Shown: positions 54,965 to 60,741 of the stretch, piece by piece | Numbering within the stretch: position 1 is the first letter of the stretch | Layout: each line of letters starts with the position of its first letter | Source of the DNA: an uncultured Eubacteriaceae bacterium | Lineage (GTDB): Bacteria > Bacillota > Clostridia > Lachnospirales > CAG-274 | Direction: 5' to 3' | DNA length: 60,741 nt | Assembly (NCBI GenBank): GCA_948441255.1 | Contig: CAOJPS010000001.1 | Coordinates: 1-60,741, forward strand | The notes under the pieces: model-generated | Told to the model about the DNA's origin: nothing | What the model saw: the letters and a program-made list of their open reading frames with translations, nothing else | Databases searched by the model: none | Program-made: the position numbers and the translations under genes

Positions 54965-55170
54965 ACTTCTTTCTTGAAAGAAAGAAGTAAAGAACTTTTG
55001 TGCGAAACTGCGTTTCGCTGTAAAAAAATCACGGCGAAACCACCGCCGCTTTTTTTTTATCAAAACGAAAGGGTTGTGTTTTGGGTCAAGGGACTAGTCC
55101 CTTGCAGAGTGTGGGACAAAGTCCCACGGTTTTAAGTTACCTATATAAGACAGAGTCCCACGGTTTTAAT
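54965..55170 (+). repeat. Composite D-C multi-hairpin repeat abutting the guaB stop codon
   Basis: Co-linear with 22425-22600. It includes GCGAAACTGCGTTTCGC, AAGGGACTAGTCCCTT, GTGGGACAAAGTCCCAC and a partial duplication AGTCCCACGGTTTTAA at 55150-55170. Confidence 0.8.
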
Positions 55171-55174
55171 GCCG

Positions 55175-56683
55175 TTATTTTACAGGTGTAACGTTTTTGT
55201 CTTTAAGTACAACGTCGTGAGCACCGCCTTCAACAATACTTGTTGATGAAACAAGAGTGATTTTCGCTTTTTTCTGAAGCTCGGGTATTGTGAGTGCCCC
55301 ACAGTTGCACATTGTTGAACGGACTTTACTGAGTGTAAGACTGACGTTGTCGTGCAGGTTTCCGGCGTATGGAACATAGGAGTCGACCCCCTCCTCAAAA
55401 GAAAGCTTGCTTGCTCCTCCCATATCATAACGCTGCCAGTTTCTTGCTCTCGCAGAACCTTCTCCCCAGTATTCCTTCATATAGTTGCCGTTTACCGAAA
55501 CTTTATTTGTGGGACTTTCGTCAAATCTTGAGAAATATCTTCCAAGCATAACAAAGTCCGCTCCCATAGCTAACGCTAATGTGATATGATAATCGTGAAC
55601 AATTCCTCCGTCAGAGCAGATTGGAACATATATTCCCGTTTCTTTATAATATTCATCTCTTGCGGCGGCTACTTCTATTACGGCTGTAGCTTGTCCTCGT
55701 CCAATTCCTTTTTGTTCTCTTGTTATACAAATTGAACCTCCGCCTATGCCGATTTTAACAAAATCTGCTCCGGCTTTTGCCAAAAACAAAAAGCCTTCTT
55801 TATCGACAACGTTTCCCGCTCCTACTTTTACTGTATCGCCGTATTTTTCTCGAATATAGTCTATTGTTATTTTCTGCCACTCAGAAAAACCTTCAGAGGA
55901 ATCTATGCATAATACGTCCGCTCCGGCTTCCACAAGAGCTGGAACACGGTCTTCATAATCTCTTGTGTTGATTCCTGCTCCTACTATATATCTTTTTTGG
56001 GAATCCAAAAGCTCTATTGGGTTTTCTTTGTGAGAATCGTAGTCTTTTCTGAAGACAAATGCTACAAGTCTGCCTTCGGAATCAATTATAGGCAGAGAAT
56101 TTAGTTTGTTGTCCCAAATTATATTGTTTGCTTCTTTAAGGCTTGTACCTTCTTTGGCGTATATTAGGTTTTCAACAGGGGTCATAAATTCTTTGACTTT
56201 TACTGTACGTTCCATTCGGCTTAACCGATAGTCACGGCCTGTAACGATACCAATAAGTTTTCCGTTTGAGGTTCCGTCTTCTGTTACAGCTACGGTAGTG
56301 TGACCCGTTTTTTCCTTAAGGTCTAAAATGTCTTGAAGTGTTTGATCGGGTTTGATGTTGGAATCGCTTGTTACAAAACCGGCTTTATAATTTTTTACTC
56401 GTTTGACCATTTCAGCTTGACTTTCAATTGCTTGAGAGCCGTATATAAAAGAAATACCTCCCTCTTTGGCAAGAGCGATAGCCATTTTGTCGTCTGATAC
56501 TGACTGCATAATTGCTGACACAAGGGGAATATTCATTGAAAGAAATGGGGTTTCACCTTTTTTGAATTTTACAATAGGGGTTTTTAATGAAGCGTTTGCT
56601 GGTGTGCATTCACAGGAAGAATATCCCGGGACAAGCAGATATTCACTGAAAGTATGAGAGGGTTCGTTAAAATAATATGTCAT
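55175..56683 (-). CDS. guaB: IMP dehydrogenase (with CBS pair)
   Basis: [13 protein letters not shown] catalytic loop, [13 protein letters not shown]. Confidence 0.85.
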   Translation of the reverse strand: MTYYFNEPSHTFSEYLLVPGYSSCECTPANASLKTPIVKFKKGETPFLSMNIPLVSAIMQSVSDDKMAIALAKEGGISFIYGSQAIESQAEMVKRVKNYKAGFVTSDSNIKPDQTLQDILDLKEKTGHTTVAVTEDGTSNGKLIGIVTGRDYRLSRMERTVKVKEFMTPVENLIYAKEGTSLKEANNIIWDNKLNSLPIIDSEGRLVAFVFRKDYDSHKENPIELLDSQKRYIVGAGINTRDYEDRVPALVEAGADVLCIDSSEGFSEWQKITIDYIREKYGDTVKVGAGNVVDKEGFLFLAKAGADFVKIGIGGGSICITREQKGIGRGQATAVIEVAAARDEYYKETGIYVPICSDGGIVHDYHITLALAMGADFVMLGRYFSRFDESPTNKVSVNGNYMKEYWGEGSARARNWQRYDMGGASKLSFEEGVDSYVPYAGNLHDNVSLTLSKVRSTMCNCGALTIPELQKKAKITLVSSTSIVEGGAHDVVLKDKNVTPVK

Positions 56684-56753
56684 TTTTTCTGCTCCTTTTC
56701 TTTAATATAATATTAAAATTATACATATTTTTTGGAAAAAGTCAATAGTGTTT

Positions 56754-56788
56754 AAAAAAAATTACTTATCCTTTTTGGGATAAGTAAT
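56754..56788 (-). terminator. fba terminator (ATTACTTATCC-n6-GGATAAGTAAT)
   Basis: An 11-bp stem. Plus-strand A7 at 56754-56760 gives the T-run on the minus strand. Confidence 0.8.
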
Positions 56789-56811
56789 TTTTATCAATTT
56801 AATAAAAGGCA

Positions 56812-57759
56812 TTATTTAAGTGAATCAACTGAACCAAGTACGTTTTTGATTTTTCCCTCAACAAGGTTCTGAATAAGTACTCTAGCGTCGCCTAAGTATC
56901 CTCTTGGGTCGAAAGCTTCGGGTTTTTCTGACATAGCTTTTCTGATAGCCGCTGTCATAGCGAGTCTTATGTCTGTATCCATATTTATTTTGCATACCGC
57001 CATAGAAGCCGCTTTTCTAAGCATTTCATTTGGAATACCTTTAGCTCCGTTGATTTTTCCTCCGAAATCGTTGCACATCTGAACACAGTCTGCGTCAACA
57101 GAAGAAGCCCCGTGAAGAACGATAGGATATTTAGCGTAGCCCGCCGCTTCAAGTTTTTGTGTGATAGTTTCAAGTCTGGCGAAGTCGAGTTTTGGCTCTC
57201 CTTTGAATTTATAAGCTCCGTGGCTTGTACCAATAGCTATAGCGAGAGAATCAACACCTGTTCTCTGAACAAAATCTACAGCCTGGTCAGGGTCGGTATA
57301 AGTAGCGTTTGCCGCGTCAACTTTTACTTCGTCCTCAACTCCGGCAAGTTTGCCAAGTTCTGCCTCAACAACAACACCTTTGTCGTGGGCGTATTTTACA
57401 ACTTCAATTGTTTTTGCTACGTTTTCCTCATATTCATAATGAGAACCATCAAACATAACAGAAGTAAAACCTGCTTCAATAACTTCTTTTACTGTTTCAA
57501 AATCGGGACCGTGGTCTAGATGAAGTGCGATATCGATTCCTGTTTCATCGATAGCCGCGTCAACCATTCCTTTTAAGTATTTTGGACCAGCGTATTTGAG
57601 CGCGCTTTTTGAAACCTGTAATATACAAGCGGAATTAAGTGCCGCCGCCGCTCTTGTGACACCCTGAATGATTTCCATATTGTTGATGTTGAAAGCGCCG
57701 ATTGCGTACTTTCCATCGAAAGCTTTTTCAAACATTTCTTTACTTGTTACCAATGCCAT
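56812..57759 (-). CDS. fba: Class II fructose-1,6-bisphosphate aldolase
   Basis: YAIGAFNINNMEIIQG, LHLDHG, VMFDGS, LHGASS. Confidence 0.92.
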   Translation of the reverse strand: MALVTSKEMFEKAFDGKYAIGAFNINNMEIIQGVTRAAAALNSACILQVSKSALKYAGPKYLKGMVDAAIDETGIDIALHLDHGPDFETVKEVIEAGFTSVMFDGSHYEYEENVAKTIEVVKYAHDKGVVVEAELGKLAGVEDEVKVDAANATYTDPDQAVDFVQRTGVDSLAIAIGTSHGAYKFKGEPKLDFARLETITQKLEAAGYAKYPIVLHGASSVDADCVQMCNDFGGKINGAKGIPNEMLRKAASMAVCKINMDTDIRLAMTAAIRKAMSEKPEAFDPRGYLGDARVLIQNLVEGKIKNVLGSVDSLK

Positions 57760-57811
57760 AGTTTAATAACCCCTTTCCGGTTTTTTTAATTTAATAATCG
57801 GTGGTTAATTT

Positions 57812-57863
57812 ATGGAAATACCGCGAAATTATTTTTATTTCCTCTTTGTGCGGTGTTTCCTTA
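57812..57863. repeat. Family-E palindromic unit
   Basis: ATGGAAATACCGCGAAATTATTTTTATTTCCTCTTTGTGCGGTGTTTCCTTA. Confidence 0.75.
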
Positions 57864-57954
57864 TAAAAATCAGCCATCGGTCTATCTTTTTCTATTATAA
57901 TATAAAAGAAAAATTATTACAATGAAAAATTTGAAAAATATTCTTTTTTTATGT

Positions 57955-58698
57955 TCAGTCAACTTTTCTGTTTTGAGGAAGTTTTGACGCTATTATTTCC
58001 ATTACTTTATTTGGAAGGTCATTTATTTCATCTTTTGTGAGATTTTCCGTTTGTATTGGGTCGTGTACATATACGTCTACTTTCGCTGGTGTTATTGTTC
58101 CGCCGTGCTGTTCCATAATTTTGTATGAGCCGTCAAGAGTTACGGGGACAATGGGAACTTTGGATTTTGTGGCAAGTTTGAATGAGCCGTGTTTAAATTC
58201 ACGGATTTCATCGCACTGACTTCTTGTTCCTTCGGGAAAAACCACAAGAGAATGTCCGTTTTTTAAAACTTCTATTCCTTCCAATATTATTTTTAACGAT
58301 TGTTTTATATCGCTTCTGTCCATAAATACGCAATGAATATATTTCATCCAGCTCCTTACAATCAGTGCCTTTGTCATTTCGATTTTAGCTACGAAACCAG
58401 TGTTTTTTTCTATTGCCGCCATAAATATAGCTATATCAAAATTTCCCTGATGATTGCTCATAAAAAGCACAGGTCCATCTTTGGGTATTTTCTCCTGGTT
58501 ATGTACAACTATATTGGCTCCGCTTACTTTTATTCTTTTTTTTGCCCATTTTGTTGTTACTTTAAAGGCATATTCGTCAAGTTCTTTATATTTTCCTTGT
58601 TTTTCAAGTATTTTGGCTTTAATTAATTTTATTGAACTGAATGCTATTGAAATTATGAAACTAAAAAACCAATAGACGCTTCTTAGACTTTTGAACAT
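57955..58698 (-). CDS. plsC: 1-acyl-sn-glycerol-3-phosphate acyltransferase
   Basis: FMSNHQGNFD (HX4D), FPEGTRS. Confidence 0.85.
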   Translation of the reverse strand: MFKSLRSVYWFFSFIISIAFSSIKLIKAKILEKQGKYKELDEYAFKVTTKWAKKRIKVSGANIVVHNQEKIPKDGPVLFMSNHQGNFDIAIFMAAIEKNTGFVAKIEMTKALIVRSWMKYIHCVFMDRSDIKQSLKIILEGIEVLKNGHSLVVFPEGTRSQCDEIREFKHGSFKLATKSKVPIVPVTLDGSYKIMEQHGGTITPAKVDVYVHDPIQTENLTKDEINDLPNKVMEIIASKLPQNRKVD

Positions 58699-58768
58699 TT
58701 ATATTGTCCCCCTTGTAAAATTTTCCTATAGTTTTATGGTATAATTATATTTTGATATTGTCAAGAAT

Positions 58769-58807
58769 AAAATTTTATTTTATTTTTTATTATGCGGTAT
58801 TTCCTTA
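58769..58807. repeat. Family-E half unit (one terminus only)
   Basis: ...TTATTATGCGGTATTTCCTTA. Confidence 0.5.
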
Positions 58808-58823
58808 ATTGACTATAACGCAT

Positions 58824-58865
58824 AAAAAACAGCTTTAATTTTATGACAGTTAAAGCTGTTTTTTG
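58824..58865 (-). terminator. Terminator AACAGCTTTAA-n11-TTAAAGCTGTT with flanking A/T runs
   Basis: Read directly, 3' of the lipoprotein gene stop at 58882. Confidence 0.75.
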
Positions 58866-58881
58866 CTGATAATATTTTAAG

Positions 58882-59928
58882 CTATTTCTTTTTTACCGCA
58901 TATTTTTCTTTTGGAGTGTAGAAAAAGTCTTCTCCAGGTATTACACCCCCAATTGAATCAGGATTTGAATTGTATAATTCTGTAAGGAAATTTGTTACGG
59001 CGGTGTCCAGTTCGCCGCCGTCAGTGTAAACAAGACTACAGTTTGGAATTGCTTTTTCCGCTATGCTGGCTTTTGACACCGCTTTGAATTTTTCGGCAAG
59101 TTTTGCTGTTTCGGGAACATTTTCGGCTGCTTTTGTTATGGAATCATAATATTCTTGAAGAAAATGTCCGAATACCCGAGGGTGTTTTTGGGCGTATTCT
59201 TTTTGGACAGCGATACAGCTGGAGATTACTTCTGTATCGGAGATATTTTCCCATTCTTTTGAAACATTTATTACTGTTCTTAAATTCGGGTTTTCCGCTG
59301 ATATTGTTGAGATATATGGCTCATAAAGAACACTTATGGCAGCTTCTTTCGATGTCATAAACGATATGAGTTCAGTTGGGCTTTTATATTCTATTGTCAC
59401 ATTCTCAACAGAGTTTTCTTTAAAAATTTCATTTAAAATGTATTCGCAGACGCCTTCTTTATCAGAAATATATATTGTTTTATTTGACAAGTCTTTTATT
59501 GATTTTATTGTGTTCCCTGTTTCTGTTATATAAATGTTTCCAATAGAGTTTATCGCGGCAATCTGAACATTTCCGTTGGTTTTATTATATAAAACAGACG
59601 CCGTGTTTGCGGGAATTGCCGCTATTTGTATTTCGTTATTTGAAAATTTTTCCGCAAGTTCGTTAATTGAGTCGGTTACTGTAAAGTGATAGGAATTATA
59701 GGCGTTTTCATTTTCCTCAAGTTCCATAAGATTTAAAAATCCTATTTCAGCAGCCCCCTTTAAACAACCTAAATAAACGTTTGAGGTTGGAAAATTTTCA
59801 GCTTCTTCCTCAGCCTCTGTTTTGTTTGTTTCGAATTCTACTCGTATTTCCTCGTCATCTCCGCAGCCTGAAAAAGAAAGTGTTATTATTGAAAGCAAAA
59901 GCGTAAATGTTAGTTTGAGAACTTTCAT
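58882..59928 (-). CDS. Lipoprotein, NMT1/THI5-like ABC-transporter substrate-binding protein family
   Basis: ATG at 59928 after AGGAGG. Lipobox LSFSGC. The family call is by overall pattern only. Confidence 0.55.
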   Translation of the reverse strand: MKVLKLTFTLLLSIITLSFSGCGDDEEIRVEFETNKTEAEEEAENFPTSNVYLGCLKGAAEIGFLNLMELEENENAYNSYHFTVTDSINELAEKFSNNEIQIAAIPANTASVLYNKTNGNVQIAAINSIGNIYITETGNTIKSIKDLSNKTIYISDKEGVCEYILNEIFKENSVENVTIEYKSPTELISFMTSKEAAISVLYEPYISTISAENPNLRTVINVSKEWENISDTEVISSCIAVQKEYAQKHPRVFGHFLQEYYDSITKAAENVPETAKLAEKFKAVSKASIAEKAIPNCSLVYTDGGELDTAVTNFLTELYNSNPDSIGGVIPGEDFFYTPKEKYAVKKK

Positions 59929-60031
59929 AATTGTTTTATTACCTCCTTGTGTTTCCCTATATATAATTCTTAAAGATAATTTTAATTGCGCTGACACAAT
60001 TTGTCAAGGAAATATAAGAAATTTCGATAAT

Positions 60032-60499
60032 TTAACTATTAAAGAAATTGTCGAATTCGTCTTCCAGCTTAGCGGAATCATCGCTTATTATCAATATTAC
60101 GTAATTATCTTTTGTTTTTAAAACGTGGTCTTTTAATTTTTTTGATTCGGAAACGTTGTCTTCCCAAGAGGATATAAGTCCTGAAACCTCATTTGCTATA
60201 GCTTTTTCTATATTTTCGACAGAGGCTCCGCCTTTTGTTTTTGCCAATATTATTTTGTCGGAGTTTTCATTTTTTGTGGAATATACAAAACCTTCCTCAA
60301 TGTCGTCGATTGATATTCCATATCGCTGCGCTGTATTTATGTCTTTTAAATCCTCTGTTGATGGGTTATCAAAGTTTGCTGTTGAAATTAACTTGTCTCG
60401 CATATCCGAAAAGACTATATTGTTTTCTGATTTGCTGTTTTGACAGCCAGCAAAAATAAATATACTTATTATTAGCGCTGAAATTGTTTTTATAGGCAT
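60032..60499 (-). CDS. Small lipoprotein (DUF4358-like)
   Basis: Lipobox IFAGC. Size and pattern resemble clostridial DUF4358 proteins. Confidence 0.5.
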   Translation of the reverse strand: MPIKTISALIISIFIFAGCQNSKSENNIVFSDMRDKLISTANFDNPSTEDLKDINTAQRYGISIDDIEEGFVYSTKNENSDKIILAKTKGGASVENIEKAIANEVSGLISSWEDNVSESKKLKDHVLKTKDNYVILIISDDSAKLEDEFDNFFNS

Positions 60500-60560
60500 T
60501 TTTTTACCTCCTGTTGTATTATATAGTGAAAGAATTTAAAAGGAAGTAAAAAAATTTATT

Positions 60561-60706
60561 TTAGGAAACACCGCACAAAGAGGAAATAAAAATAATTTTG
60601 CAAAAAAATACGCTTCAAGTGGGTTTAAAAACCCACACTTCCGCTCAATTTTTTTGCCGCTCACGCTAAAATTATTTTTATTTTTTAATTATGCGGTATT
60701 TCCTTT
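60561..60706. repeat. Family-E element, long form (146 bp)
   Basis: TTAGGAAACACCGCACAAAGAGG ... AATTATGCGGTATTTCCTTT, with the internal hairpin GTGGGTTTAAAAACCCAC. Confidence 0.8.
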
Positions 60707-60741
60707 ACTCAAAAGTCTGCGAAGTGCTTCACAATTCGCTT

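Overview
This is a low-GC Firmicutes (Clostridia-type) chromosomal window from a spore-former with cellulosome-type proteins; that taxonomic reading is inference from gene content. It has two very different parts. (1) nt 1 to ~15398 is a markedly AT-richer accessory island that interrupts the sporulation sigma-factor gene sigK. Only the 5' part of sigK is present (15391-15738, minus strand). The frame breaks after ...ARCIEN, 38 nt from the end of a large serine recombinase gene, so this looks like a skin-like intervening element whose left end lies outside the window. Its cargo is unusual. It holds a tyrosine integrase/Xis-HTH/Rep-like module and a tightly coupled DUF960-like + zinc-ribbon-amidoligase + class-II glutamine amidotransferase cassette. 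It also holds a Schlafen/COG2865-type regulator, a 935-aa orphan protein with internal ~65-aa repeats, and a divergent three-gene orphan module. I see no phage structural genes. (2) nt ~15400-60741 is core chromosome. It encodes dapL plus a second aminotransferase, a GH43 enzyme, a methyltransferase, ylmC/ymxH, pcrA, yerC and a 1978-aa dockerin-bearing pectin methylesterase. Further genes are pncB, class-3 fbp, a dockerin transglutaminase-like protein, wecB and the complete atpZ-I-B-E-F-H-A-G-D-C operon. The rest comprises a cohesin protein, rluA, queH, a DivIVA-domain protein, infC-rpmI-rplT with its leader, an ECF sigma/anti-sigma pair, guaB, fba, plsC and two lipoproteins. The intergenic DNA of the core part is saturated with several families of short structured repeats: TA-flanked MITE-like elements, a ~55-bp palindromic unit, and modular multi-hairpin units with compensatory stem changes. 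I did not see any of these repeats inside the island. The best candidate for an undescribed system is the island cargo, especially the amidoligase/amidotransferase cassette and the orphan genes next to the recombinase. All functional calls come from motif recognition by eye; no database search was run.
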